Below, piece after piece: positions 20,561-30,205 of a DNA stretch of 32,000 bases. The stretch is taken from contig NZ_CP089976.1 in assembly GCF_022701215.1 (NCBI RefSeq), positions 240,001-272,000 on the forward strand. The letters run 5' to 3'. Position numbers and translations under genes: made by a program. Positions within the stretch are counted from its first letter, which is position 1. Each line of letters starts with the position of its first letter. This DNA is from Moraxella nasovis. GTDB taxonomy: Bacteria > Pseudomonadota > Gammaproteobacteria > Pseudomonadales > Moraxellaceae. The notes under the pieces were generated by a model. That model saw only the letters and a program-made list of their open reading frames with translations, did no database searches and was not told the DNA's origin.

Positions 20561-20689
20561 TTACAAATCATCAGGCACGCTTTCTAGTGGAATATCTGGA
20601 TTTTTGACCAAATGAATCGATGATAATAACAATCCACCCCAGATTAATAGCATAGCAATAAGCATAATAGTTATAGCTGACATAGTCAT
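20561..20689 (-). CDS. 42-aa single-pass membrane peptide, candidate MetS-like small subunit of the adjacent NSS transporter
   Basis: MTMSAITIMLIAMLLIWGGLLLSSIHLVKNPDIPLESVPDDL*. An AGGAG SD starts right after the transporter stop codon, with 7-nt spacing to the ATG. Below the ORF-track cutoff. Confidence 0.6.
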   Translation of the reverse strand: MTMSAITIMLIAMLLIWGGLLLSSIHLVKNPDIPLESVPDDL

Positions 20690-20701
20690 AACAACACTCC
20701 T

Positions 20702-22201
20702 TTATTGATGATGATTATAGTGGCTTGGGTGACTTTTGATTTTTGGAAAAATCAAAGCACTTAGTGCAAAAATTGCCACAACGCCCCAGCCAAACAAAGC
20801 CTGTACCATAAAGCTATAACCGCCATAGCCTTCTGTCAGTAAGCCTTTCATGCTAAGAACAAGAGCTACTAATAACGAGATTGGCGTTACAATAGTCAGC
20901 ATGAATACCCAGCCTTGACCAACCTTAAAGCTTGAAATAGCATTAATATGATTAACCAATTTTGGGATTATTTGGCGGTTTAGCCATGTCACCCAGATGA
21001 TAGATAATAAACCACCAAACACTACACCGATGTTATTAGTGAAATTATCAATCACATCAACAAAAGTAATCGCTGCTGTAGTAGAGAACATCACTGTTGA
21101 GACTACTGCACAGCTACCACCCACGATGGTCACTGCTTTATTTTTTGACCACCCAAGTTTATCTTGGACTGCTGACACAGGCACCTGTAAGATACTTGCC
21201 ATTGATGTTAAGCCTGCCAAGAACAGTGATGCAAAGAATAACACACCAATGATTGTGCCTGTATCACCCATAGTAGAAACGATATTTGGGAATGCGATGA
21301 ATGCAAGACCGATGCCACCTTTAACCACTTCTTCAACTGGCAAGCCAGACTGCACCGCCATAAAGCCTAAGATAGAGAAAATACCGATACCAGCTAGTAA
21401 CTCAAAAGATGAATTAGCAAAACCAACCGTCAAGCCTGAGCCAGTAAGGTTTGCATTCTTACCTAGATAAGATGAATAAGTTACCATAATACCAAAGCCA
21501 ATCGACATTGAGAAAAACACGTGTCCATAAGCCGCCAACCATACACTTGGATTGGCCATCGCCGACCAGTTTGGTGCAAAAAATGTTTGCAAGCCTAGCG
21601 ATGCCCCTGGCAATGTCACCGCTTTACCCACCATCACGATAAACATTAATACAAGTAGCGGAATACAAATTTTATTTGATAGCTCTACACCCTTTTGGAT
21701 ACCGCCGTACATGATCAGCAGTACAATAGCCCATACAATGATAAGTCCTGTAAATAAGCCAGGTACGAAACTTAAGCCCTCTGCGATATCAACATTTTGT
21801 AGATAGTGGCTAAAAAAGAAGGCTTCTGTATCGCTACCCCAAGCCTGTGTTGTGGCATAAATCGTATATTGACCTGCCCAGCTTAGAACGGACGCATAAT
21901 AGATGCCGATCACCGTACATACTGCTACTTGCCACCAGCCGACACTCTCAGCAGATTTAAGCATACGACCATAAGCAGTCGGTGGTGCACCACGATACTT
22001 TTGGCCAACGACATAATCTAAAAATAGCAGCGGAAAGCCTGCTGTTGCTAAGGCAATCAAATAAGGCACAAAGAATGCACCACCGCCATTTTCATAAGCT
22101 GCATAAGGGAAACGCCAAATATTCCCCAATCCGACAGCAGAACCCACTGCTGCTAAAATAAAGCCAGAGCGCGCTGACCAACTCTCACGTTGTGCCGCCA
22201 T
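20702..22201 (-). CDS. sodium-dependent neurotransmitter:sodium symporter (NSS/SNF) family transporter, substrate unknown
   Basis: 499 aa, polytopic, with the hallmark GLGNIWRFPY in TM1. GAGGAG SD. Confidence 0.9.
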   Translation of the reverse strand: MAAQRESWSARSGFILAAVGSAVGLGNIWRFPYAAYENGGGAFFVPYLIALATAGFPLLFLDYVVGQKYRGAPPTAYGRMLKSAESVGWWQVAVCTVIGIYYASVLSWAGQYTIYATTQAWGSDTEAFFFSHYLQNVDIAEGLSFVPGLFTGLIIVWAIVLLIMYGGIQKGVELSNKICIPLLVLMFIVMVGKAVTLPGASLGLQTFFAPNWSAMANPSVWLAAYGHVFFSMSIGFGIMVTYSSYLGKNANLTGSGLTVGFANSSFELLAGIGIFSILGFMAVQSGLPVEEVVKGGIGLAFIAFPNIVSTMGDTGTIIGVLFFASLFLAGLTSMASILQVPVSAVQDKLGWSKNKAVTIVGGSCAVVSTVMFSTTAAITFVDVIDNFTNNIGVVFGGLLSIIWVTWLNRQIIPKLVNHINAISSFKVGQGWVFMLTIVTPISLLVALVLSMKGLLTEGYGGYSFMVQALFGWGVVAIFALSALIFPKIKSHPSHYNHHQ

Positions 22202-22311
22202 AAGACTCTCCTCATCTAATCTATATGAATGTCAGTCCCGAACATTCGTTCCATACTATCACTATCCACGTTGAGGGTGGATAAATCATGACAAGTTACT
22301 TTGACGGATAC

Positions 22312-22341
22312 ACAAAAACCCATAACAATACGCTATGGGTT
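22312..22341 (-). terminator. rho-independent terminator after lpxA
   Basis: On the minus strand: AACCCATA-loop-TATGGGTT followed by T5. It is preceded by a second hairpin, GGAAAA..TTTTCC. Confidence 0.7.
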
Positions 22342-22460
22342 AGGAAAAATGCCAAAATTTTCCTTGCCTTTTTTTGCATACTAACAGATACTTAGCAATA
22401 AATCAATATTTTAGCAATACTATAAAATAAAAATATCCGCCTATGAGCAGAAATATCCAC

Positions 22461-23234
22461 CTAACGAGTTAAGCCACGCTCGGTATTTTTTAAAGAGTTA
22501 ATTAGCAGTGCAATTTTTGGCTCACGCTCTAGCATGGATTCAAGCTCTGCTATCGCCTGCTGACGCAATAGCCCTGAACGAAATATCAAGCGATACGCCT
22601 CATCAATGGCTTGTATCGTGTCACGACTCCAGCCTTTGCGACGCATGCCTTCTTTGTTTAAGCCATGCGTTTTTGCAGGATTGCCAGACACCATAACAAA
22701 AGCAGCAACGTCTTTTAGGATTAAGCTTGCGCCACCAATCATACTATAATCATCAATGCGACAAAACTGATGCACGCCTGACTGACCACCAATAATGACA
22801 TGATTGCCAATATGTGCATGACCTGCCACACCGACATTATTAGCAAGCACGTTATAATCACCAACCGAACAATCATGGGCGATATGTGTGTTTACCATAA
22901 ATAAGTTATGGCTACCAATTTTGGTCAGGCTGCGATCTTGGGCTGTGCCACGATGAAATGTGCAAGATTCACGAATACGATTATAATCACCAATCTGTAA
23001 GTAAGTAGGTTCGCCCGCATATTTTAAGTCTTGGGGATTTTCTCCCACACTGGCAAACTGATAGATTTCGTTATGCTTACCGATTGTGGTATTTTCACCA
23101 ATAACAACATGGCGATGCAAGATACTGCCCTCACCAATTTTACTGTTTTTACCGATAATACAGTAAGGCCCGACCACAGCCGTAGGACTAATGACTGCAC
23201 TATCATCTATGATCGCTGTTGGATGAATGTTCAT
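22461..23234 (-). CDS. lpxA: acyl-ACP--UDP-N-acetylglucosamine O-acyltransferase
   Basis: 257 aa with left-handed beta-helix hexapeptide repeats and the typical LpxA N-terminus (IHPTAII) and C-terminal helical domain. Position follows fabZ. Confidence 0.93.
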   Translation of the reverse strand: MNIHPTAIIDDSAVISPTAVVGPYCIIGKNSKIGEGSILHRHVVIGENTTIGKHNEIYQFASVGENPQDLKYAGEPTYLQIGDYNRIRESCTFHRGTAQDRSLTKIGSHNLFMVNTHIAHDCSVGDYNVLANNVGVAGHAHIGNHVIIGGQSGVHQFCRIDDYSMIGGASLILKDVAAFVMVSGNPAKTHGLNKEGMRRKGWSRDTIQAIDEAYRLIFRSGLLRQQAIAELESMLEREPKIALLINSLKNTERGLTR

Positions 23235-23258
23235 GCCACTAAACTCCTTAACGGTTGC

Positions 23259-23789
23259 TTATTTCTCAATGTCGCTGACTTTTTGGCGAGCAATCATCAC
23301 TTCAGCACTACAAGCAAGTTGCCCATCAACATGAGCTGTACAAGAAAACTTGTAAATATCACGCTTATTCATAATTGCTTTTGAACGAATCACGAGCTGA
23401 TCACCTGGGCTGACCAGCTTTTTAAATCGCACTTTATCCACACCAGCAAATAGGTACAAATAACCATCCTCAGATGATGTGCCAGCACTGATAAATCCAA
23501 GCACACCCGACAACTGTGCCATCGCCTCTACCATTAACACGCCTGGCATGATTGGGTTATCTGGAAAGTGCCCATTAAAAAACTCTTCATTAATCGATAG
23601 ATTTTTATAGCCAGTGATCCAGTTATCAGGCGAGCAAGCAGTCACACGATCGATCAACATAAACGGATAACGATGTGGCAGATAGTGCTTTAATTGCTCA
23701 AACTTTAGCGGCATGGTTACTTGTCTTTTAGATAACGCTGTTAAGTCCGCTTCGGTTAATAAATTATAATCGATAAGATGTTGAGTCAT
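23259..23789 (-). CDS. fabZ: 3-hydroxyacyl-ACP dehydratase FabZ
   Basis: LPHRYPFMLIDRV and GHFPDNPIMPGVLMVEAMAQ motifs. ATG 23789 has an AAGGAAA SD. The ORF-track start at 23864 would overlap the lpxD 3' end. Confidence 0.93.
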   Translation of the reverse strand: MTQHLIDYNLLTEADLTALSKRQVTMPLKFEQLKHYLPHRYPFMLIDRVTACSPDNWITGYKNLSINEEFFNGHFPDNPIMPGVLMVEAMAQLSGVLGFISAGTSSEDGYLYLFAGVDKVRFKKLVSPGDQLVIRSKAIMNKRDIYKFSCTAHVDGQLACSAEVMIARQKVSDIEK

Positions 23790-23826
23790 TATTTTTCCTT
23801 GAAGTTTCAGTAATAAAAAAATAGTG

Positions 23827-24837
23827 TTATTTATTACCCATTTGGCGAAATTTAACCGCAGCACGACGCCATTTCATGGTCGGCATCGCTACTGTGCCAG
23901 ATGAATAACTACCCGCTTGCTCAATCGAACTTGTCACAAAAGTTCTGCCTGTCAAAGTCACATTATCTGCAATATTAAGATGCCCGCTAATGCCGACATT
24001 CCCACCTATAATACAGTTACGACCTATCACAGTACTACCAGCTATCCCCACCATCGCTGCCATCGCTGTGCCATCGCCAATCTTAACATTATGGGCTATT
24101 TGCACAAGATTATCGATAATAACATGATTACCAATGACAGTATCGCCGATAGCACCTCTATCGATGCAGGTTTGGGCGCCAATTCGCACATTATCACCAA
24201 TGATGACTCGTCCAAGCTGAGCGATACGCTGCCATTTTAAGCCTGTCGCACTTGGATGTGGGGCAAAACCAAAACCCTCAGAACCAATGGATGCATGGGC
24301 ATGGATTCGCACATTATTCCCAATCACTGTGTGGTAAGCGATATACACATGCGGATAGATAATACTATTATCTCCAATGATGGTATATTCACCAATGCTA
24401 ACGCCTTGGGAAATTTTGGCTTCATTGCCGATAACCACGCCTTCATTGATCACAGCATAAGCACCAATTTGGGCGTTTTTGCCTATTTTAGCTGTTGGGC
24501 TAATGATAGCAGTTGGGTGAATGCCTGTCTTAGTTGATGTATTTTCAAACAATGTACTAATACTGGCATATGCCAAATACGCGTCTTTTACAATAATGGC
24601 AGTGGCAGTGGTTGGCACGTCACAAGCAAATTGTTCACCCACAAGCACCACACCTGCTTGGGTTAATGGCAGTTCATGGGCGTATTTTGCTTGGGAGATG
24701 AACGCTACACAGTCAGCGTCAGCCTGTGCTAAGGATGCAACTTTCTTAAAAAACCGACCAGTTGGTTTTATATCAGCTTTGTTTAGTACAGGCTGCACCA
24801 GTTCAATCGCGCAGATCAGCCGTTCTAGCGATATCAT
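23827..24837 (-). CDS. lpxD: UDP-3-O-acylglucosamine N-acyltransferase
   Basis: 336 aa with an LpxD N-terminal domain followed by long hexapeptide repeats. The ATG shares one base with the bamA stop. Confidence 0.93.
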   Translation of the reverse strand: MISLERLICAIELVQPVLNKADIKPTGRFFKKVASLAQADADCVAFISQAKYAHELPLTQAGVVLVGEQFACDVPTTATAIIVKDAYLAYASISTLFENTSTKTGIHPTAIISPTAKIGKNAQIGAYAVINEGVVIGNEAKISQGVSIGEYTIIGDNSIIYPHVYIAYHTVIGNNVRIHAHASIGSEGFGFAPHPSATGLKWQRIAQLGRVIIGDNVRIGAQTCIDRGAIGDTVIGNHVIIDNLVQIAHNVKIGDGTAMAAMVGIAGSTVIGRNCIIGGNVGISGHLNIADNVTLTGRTFVTSSIEQAGSYSSGTVAMPTMKWRRAAVKFRQMGNK

Positions 24838-27272
24838 TAGAACATACTGCCAATCTGGAATTGGACTTTATCTGTTTGATCGCCTTTTTTGCTATTTAAC
24901 GGTTTAGCATAGCTGATAGAAATTGGTCCAATCGGAGTAAACCATGTTGCCCCTGCACCAACACTGTATCGAAGCTCTTTATCCTGAGTGATCAGCGGAT
25001 AAGTCTTGCTACCAATCAGTGTTTTATTGGCATCATTAGGGTCTTTATAATTGTAACGGTAGGTCTTATACTCTTTGTCACGCCCTGTTGTGTCAAAGAC
25101 TTGACCTGCATCTACAAATAACACAGGACGCACTTGATCTTTCCAATCGCCCTTAAATGGTAGTGGTAAAATTAGCTCAGCACCAAAAGAAGCCATTGCA
25201 TTACCACCCACTTCTTCGCCACGGGCATAGCCACCACCTTGGCTGGCAGCAGTCCAAGGTTGAGATTGTGGCCCTAGACTTGAAGCATTATAACCACGCA
25301 CGGAGCCATAACCACCTGCATAGAAATTTTCATAAAATGGCAGATTATTACCATAACCAAGCTTTGCCCAGCCACGCAAAATCGTACCTTTATATAAAGG
25401 CTGATAATAATTGCCACGATAGACGACTTTTTGATAATTCTTATCACCAAAGCCAACTGTCAAACCTAAATCATGATTCATGCCTTTAGTTGGTAACATG
25501 GGTCTATCTAAAGTAGAATATGTCCAGCCAAGTGTCGCTCCATAAGTGGTGTAGTCTTTAGAAAACTGACCATTTACAAGATCTGTTTTGCCGCCATCGG
25601 CGATCAGCTGCTCAACGTTGCTAATCCCCATAAAGCGACCGCCACGCACCTTGGTATTATCGACGGTCAAACCACCATTAATACGTTGATTTTCATTAAT
25701 CGGATAGCCATAACTTAATGCTGCACCATAGGAATCTAGCAGGTAATTACTGATATTTTTGCTGTCACTTTTGGTTTTACGATAATAGGCGTTGACACTC
25801 TGAGAAATGCCATTTTTGGTAAAATAGGGATTTGCCAAGCCAAGGCTGTATGAATCCATCGACTCAGAACGCATCATACCTGCAGTCAGGCGATTGCCAG
25901 TACCCATGAAGTTTGATTGGGATAAATCAAACTGAAATGTCAAACCGCCAGACTGTGAATAGCCAGCTGATATTGAAGACGAGCCAGAAGGCTGCTCAAC
26001 GACATTATAAACCACATCAACTTGGTCGGGGAAGTTTGACACAGGACGCACGTTAACTTGTACATCTTTAAAAAAGCCTGTACGCAATAGTCGAGCGCGC
26101 GATAAGGCAATCTTTTGGTTAGAAGATAAAGCCCCTTCTAGCTGACGCATCTCACGGCGAAGCACTTCGTCTTTGGTTTTAACGTTACCATTAAACTCAA
26201 TACGACGCACATAGATTGGGCGTTCAGGATCAATCTTATAATCCACATCAACCGTTAATGTCTCATCATTAATACGTCCTACTGGATCAACTTTGGCATA
26301 ATAATAGCCTTCGTCACCGAATTTATTTGCGATGGCGACAGTTGTCTCATTAAGTGCTGCTTGAGAGTAACCATCACCCTTTTTAAAGGTGATAAGCTGA
26401 TCTAAACCCACTTTACTGTATGTACTTGGGCCAACAAAATTCACCGACCCAAATTGATACCTTTGCCCTTCTTCTATCGCAAGCTCAATGGATATTTTTT
26501 GTTTATCTTCATCAATGTTTAGCGTCGCTTCGTTAATTTTAAAGCGTACGAAACCCTCGTTAAGGTATTTGGCTTTAATCGCCTCAAGACTGGCATTAAA
26601 TTTGTCTTGGGTGTATTTATCTTTACCAGATAGTGGGTTTAGCTTTTTATCTTTAATGATAAATTCATCTTTTAGGTCGTCATCGCTAAAATATTGGTTG
26701 CCAATAATATTAATATCCACCACACGAGCAGGCTTACCTTCGATGAATTTTAAATCAAGCTTAACGCGATTACCATCAAGCTTGGTCTGAACCACTTTAA
26801 TATCACTATTATAGTAACCTTGTGAGATATATTGGTTTTTTAACTCATTTTCAATCGCATGAACTGTGGATTGTTTTAGCGTATTACCTACCACAAGTCC
26901 CACGCTTTTTAAGCCTTCTGTCAGCCCTTCTTTAGGGATTAGTTTATTGCCATCAAAGTTAATCTCAGCGATGGTTGGACGCTCTGTTACATGGAACACC
27001 ACTTGACCATCTTGTACAGCACTTTGCACATCACTAAACTGCTCTGTGGCATATAATGCACGGATACTGTCAGCAAGCAAATCATCTGTTACAGTCTGAC
27101 CAACTTGAATCGGTAAAGTCGTCTGTAAGCTTTCAATAGTAACCCGCTGCAATCCTGTAATAGCGATGTCTTTAGCGACGAAAGCTTCGGCATGGGCTTG
27201 GGTTGCCATCACTGTCATCACCGCTGCAGCGATGCTTGTGGTCATAAACCGAGAAAAAGAAGGCTGATACAT
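24837..27272 (-). CDS. bamA: outer membrane protein assembly factor BamA
   Basis: 811 aa from ATG 27272 (AGGTGA SD). Signal peptide ...ATQAHA, POTRA repeats, beta-barrel, and a C-terminal ...QFQIGSMF ending in Phe. Confidence 0.93.
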   Translation of the reverse strand: MYQPSFSRFMTTSIAAAVMTVMATQAHAEAFVAKDIAITGLQRVTIESLQTTLPIQVGQTVTDDLLADSIRALYATEQFSDVQSAVQDGQVVFHVTERPTIAEINFDGNKLIPKEGLTEGLKSVGLVVGNTLKQSTVHAIENELKNQYISQGYYNSDIKVVQTKLDGNRVKLDLKFIEGKPARVVDINIIGNQYFSDDDLKDEFIIKDKKLNPLSGKDKYTQDKFNASLEAIKAKYLNEGFVRFKINEATLNIDEDKQKISIELAIEEGQRYQFGSVNFVGPSTYSKVGLDQLITFKKGDGYSQAALNETTVAIANKFGDEGYYYAKVDPVGRINDETLTVDVDYKIDPERPIYVRRIEFNGNVKTKDEVLRREMRQLEGALSSNQKIALSRARLLRTGFFKDVQVNVRPVSNFPDQVDVVYNVVEQPSGSSSISAGYSQSGGLTFQFDLSQSNFMGTGNRLTAGMMRSESMDSYSLGLANPYFTKNGISQSVNAYYRKTKSDSKNISNYLLDSYGAALSYGYPINENQRINGGLTVDNTKVRGGRFMGISNVEQLIADGGKTDLVNGQFSKDYTTYGATLGWTYSTLDRPMLPTKGMNHDLGLTVGFGDKNYQKVVYRGNYYQPLYKGTILRGWAKLGYGNNLPFYENFYAGGYGSVRGYNASSLGPQSQPWTAASQGGGYARGEEVGGNAMASFGAELILPLPFKGDWKDQVRPVLFVDAGQVFDTTGRDKEYKTYRYNYKDPNDANKTLIGSKTYPLITQDKELRYSVGAGATWFTPIGPISISYAKPLNSKKGDQTDKVQFQIGSMF

Positions 27273-27458
27273 AATTTCACCTAATAGTGTTATCAATAAA
27301 TCATTATTCACGTCAAACCAAGCTTGATTTGACAAGTAATAAAATCTGCAATGCTGCTAAAGGTAAGCCAAAAAACAGTTTTTGGCAAGCATAAAATGTA
27401 AATTATGCCATCTTTTGCATAAAAAGTCTGCAATCGATGGCATAAAGTCCAAAGAATC

Positions 27459-28814
27459 CTACCCCAATAATCGTGTTATATCATTACTAATCGCAAGCAC
27501 CATCACACATAATAACATCAGCATACCTATATTTAAGGCAGCGACAGAAAAACGCTCATTCATTGGTCGCCCAAAGATTAGCTCATAAGTATAAAATATC
27601 AAATGCCCGCCATCAAGCACAGGAATGGGTAATAGATTAAGCACCGCAAGTGATATGCTAATTAGTGCCATCGTAGACAGCACCTGCATCCAACCCATTT
27701 GCACACTTTGGTAAGAAACGTCAGCGATGGTTATCGGTCCAGACAGATTGTCAAGCCCAATTAAACCTGTAAGCATCTTACCGATTGATTTTATCGTCAT
27801 TACAGACAAATCATAGGTCTTTTGAACCGATAAAGCTGCCGCTTCGCCAAATGAATGATGTATGGTAACTTTATAATCATCAGGTATACTGATTGGACCG
27901 CTAAACGCCACGCCCGCTCCAATTTTACCAACGATTTGTCCTTTTTCTTTGGTGGCTTGTGGCATGACAGGGATTGTCAGGTTTTTGCCATCTCGCATAA
28001 TACCAAACTTAAGCATGGTTTCTGGATTTTGGCGAATCACTTCTGTTACACTTAGCCATTGTGCCATCGGCTTATCATCAATGCTGATGATTTTATCGCC
28101 TGTTTTTAAGCCCATCAGATCTGCCGCACCACCATCGGTTATCTGACCGATGACCGCTGGCAACTCAGGTCGCCAAGGCAGTGCACCTAAAGCAGTTAAG
28201 GGATCTAATCCTGCTTGTGTATCTTGCATAAAATGGGCGATGTGAACTACATGCGTCGCCTTATCTGTCGTAATACTCACCGACTTAGTTTCACCCATAT
28301 GATCTGCTAAGGCATAGCTAATCTCCTCCCAAGTATCAACCGCTTTATTATCAATGGCGATAATTTGCTCACCTTGTTTTATTTGGCTAAAAGCGACAGG
28401 CGAGCTTGGTAGGATACTGCCAATTTTCGTATTAAGCTGCTCTATTGGCTGTAATAAAATGATAAAAAACAACCCTATGGCAATGATGAAATTCATCACT
28501 GGGCCTGCAATAACAATGGCGATTTTCTTTAGGGGGTGCTGATTATTAAATGCCAGATGACGCTCACCCTCTGCCACCTCGCCCTCACGTTCATCAAGCA
28601 TTTTGACATAACCGCCAAATGGTATGGCACACACACGATAATCAATGCCAGTTTTTGGACTAGTCCAACCAAACAGTCGTTTACCAAAACCAATAGAATA
28701 GGTCAGCACCTTAACACCGCATAGCCGTGCGACAATATAATGCCCCCATTCATGCAAGGCGATGAGTGGCAACAGCACCAAAACAGCAGACAATAGCATA
28801 GCAAAAGCGGTCAT
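27459..28814 (-). CDS. rseP: site-2 (RIP) zinc metalloprotease RseP
   Basis: HEWGHYIVAR, PDZ domains, and NLLPIPVLDGGH. The ATG shares one base with the dxr stop. Confidence 0.93.
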   Translation of the reverse strand: MTAFAMLLSAVLVLLPLIALHEWGHYIVARLCGVKVLTYSIGFGKRLFGWTSPKTGIDYRVCAIPFGGYVKMLDEREGEVAEGERHLAFNNQHPLKKIAIVIAGPVMNFIIAIGLFFIILLQPIEQLNTKIGSILPSSPVAFSQIKQGEQIIAIDNKAVDTWEEISYALADHMGETKSVSITTDKATHVVHIAHFMQDTQAGLDPLTALGALPWRPELPAVIGQITDGGAADLMGLKTGDKIISIDDKPMAQWLSVTEVIRQNPETMLKFGIMRDGKNLTIPVMPQATKEKGQIVGKIGAGVAFSGPISIPDDYKVTIHHSFGEAAALSVQKTYDLSVMTIKSIGKMLTGLIGLDNLSGPITIADVSYQSVQMGWMQVLSTMALISISLAVLNLLPIPVLDGGHLIFYTYELIFGRPMNERFSVAALNIGMLMLLCVMVLAISNDITRLLG

Positions 28815-30016
28815 TATAAAGCTCCTATTAAGCGATTACTTGCCAATCTTACAGCTTGATCAAACGTTAAAATATCGGTCAAATCAGTAAAGCTCACCCC
28901 AAAATCTTTAGATAAATCATCACAATGAAGTACTTTTTCTACCACATCAGCAATGTCGGTCAATGCAATCTTACCCCCTAAAAAAGCATCAACTGCTATC
29001 TCATTAGCAGCATTTAAAGCGATGGTTGCCCCATTGCCACAGCTTACAGCATATCGAGCTAGACTTAAGCTTTTAAATTTTAACTCATCTGGGCGAATGA
29101 ACTGCAAATCTGCCATCTTAAATAAATCAAGCGAACTTACGCCACTATCAATACGATCTGGATATGCCAAAGCGTGGGCGATGGGTGTCTTCATGTCTGG
29201 CGTGCCGCATTGTGCCAAAAACGAACCATCGATATACTCAACCATCGAATGCACGATACTTTGTGGGTGAATGACGATATCAATTTTATCTTGACTTAGG
29301 TTAAATAAATGACACGCTTCAATTAGCTCAAGTCCTTTATTCATCATCGTTGAGCTATCTACTGAGATTTTTTGTCCCATCGACCAGTTGGGGTGTTTGA
29401 TGGCATCTGACACGCTCGCCTTTTTCATCTCATCATACGATTTATGTAAAAAAGAGCCGCCACTTGCCGTTAGCCAAAGACGTTTTATACCAAAACCCAC
29501 ATTATGAATGGCGTGATTATCTTCTTGTACTGCTTTTGGCAAACACTGAAAAATAGCATTATGCTCACTGTCAATCGGTAAGATGGTTGCACCACTATGA
29601 CGTGCAGCATTCATCACCAAATCACCCGCCATGACAAGGCTTTCTTTGTTGGCAAGTAGCACTTTTTTACCCGACTTCACCGCTTGCAGTATAGATGGCA
29701 ATCCTGCCGAACCAACAATCGCTCCGACCACTGTCTGACTATGAGAATCTTTTGCCAAATCACACAGCCCATCTTGACCACCGACTACTTCTGTTGCAAG
29801 CCCTGCACGTCGTATCTTATCTGCAAAAGCATCAACGTCATCTTGTGCGACGCACACTCGCTTTGGGCTAAACTCTTGGCATAAAGCAAACAGTTTGGTT
29901 AGCTGGCGAAAACCTGACAAGGCGTAAATCTGATAGCGATCAGAATGTCTGCGAATGATGTCAAGCGTACTGTCGCCGATTGAGCCTGTTGCTCCTAGTA
30001 AGGTGATGTTTTGCAT
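28814..30016 (-). CDS. dxr: 1-deoxy-D-xylulose 5-phosphate reductoisomerase
   Basis: MQNITLLGATGSIGDSTLDI from ATG 30016, then LANKESLV and ...HPQSIVHSMVEY. The ORF-track TTG at 30055 is less likely. Neither start has a clear SD. Confidence 0.92.
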   Translation of the reverse strand: MQNITLLGATGSIGDSTLDIIRRHSDRYQIYALSGFRQLTKLFALCQEFSPKRVCVAQDDVDAFADKIRRAGLATEVVGGQDGLCDLAKDSHSQTVVGAIVGSAGLPSILQAVKSGKKVLLANKESLVMAGDLVMNAARHSGATILPIDSEHNAIFQCLPKAVQEDNHAIHNVGFGIKRLWLTASGGSFLHKSYDEMKKASVSDAIKHPNWSMGQKISVDSSTMMNKGLELIEACHLFNLSQDKIDIVIHPQSIVHSMVEYIDGSFLAQCGTPDMKTPIAHALAYPDRIDSGVSSLDLFKMADLQFIRPDELKFKSLSLARYAVSCGNGATIALNAANEIAVDAFLGGKIALTDIADVVEKVLHCDDLSKDFGVSFTDLTDILTFDQAVRLASNRLIGAL

Positions 30017-30205
30017 GGGTAATCTTAGGGTTGGTGGGGTTGTGCTAATCGTCAATTATGAACGTTAGTCTTACAATAATAATGAAATTAAAAACACGAT
30101 TTAGAATAAATTATTATAACATAAACGCACATTTCATGATAAAATTTCATCCAAAATATCAAAAAATCCATCTCTTTAAAAACACATTTTTATACTATTT
30201 TATTT

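Noticed and set aside
22296-22379. A 27-codon minus-strand ORF (MQKKARKILAFFLTHSVLLWVFVYPSK) between lpxA and the NSS gene, which resembles a small hydrophobic or toxin-like peptide.
   Set aside because: It has no SD, and the ORF is made up almost entirely of the two terminator hairpins that follow lpxA. The hydrophobicity is a by-product of the T-rich terminator sequence.
23790-23864. N-terminally extended ORF-track starts: fabZ 23864, fhs 8420, fabR 5217, lipoprotein 4659, bamA 27335, dxr 30055, lysC 18692, tgt 19255, xthA 6642.
   Set aside because: Internal ATGs give N-termini that match the protein families or expose a signal peptide. Most also have better SD sequences, although tgt, dxr and xthA do not. 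Several long versions start at TTG or overlap upstream genes or terminators.
30017-30205. Looked for a preQ1 riboswitch upstream of queC. Also looked for a lysine riboswitch upstream of lysC (18663-18900).
   Set aside because: I found no match to the conserved preQ1-I core or to the lysine-element blocks in either leader. The queC leader is simply AT-rich.
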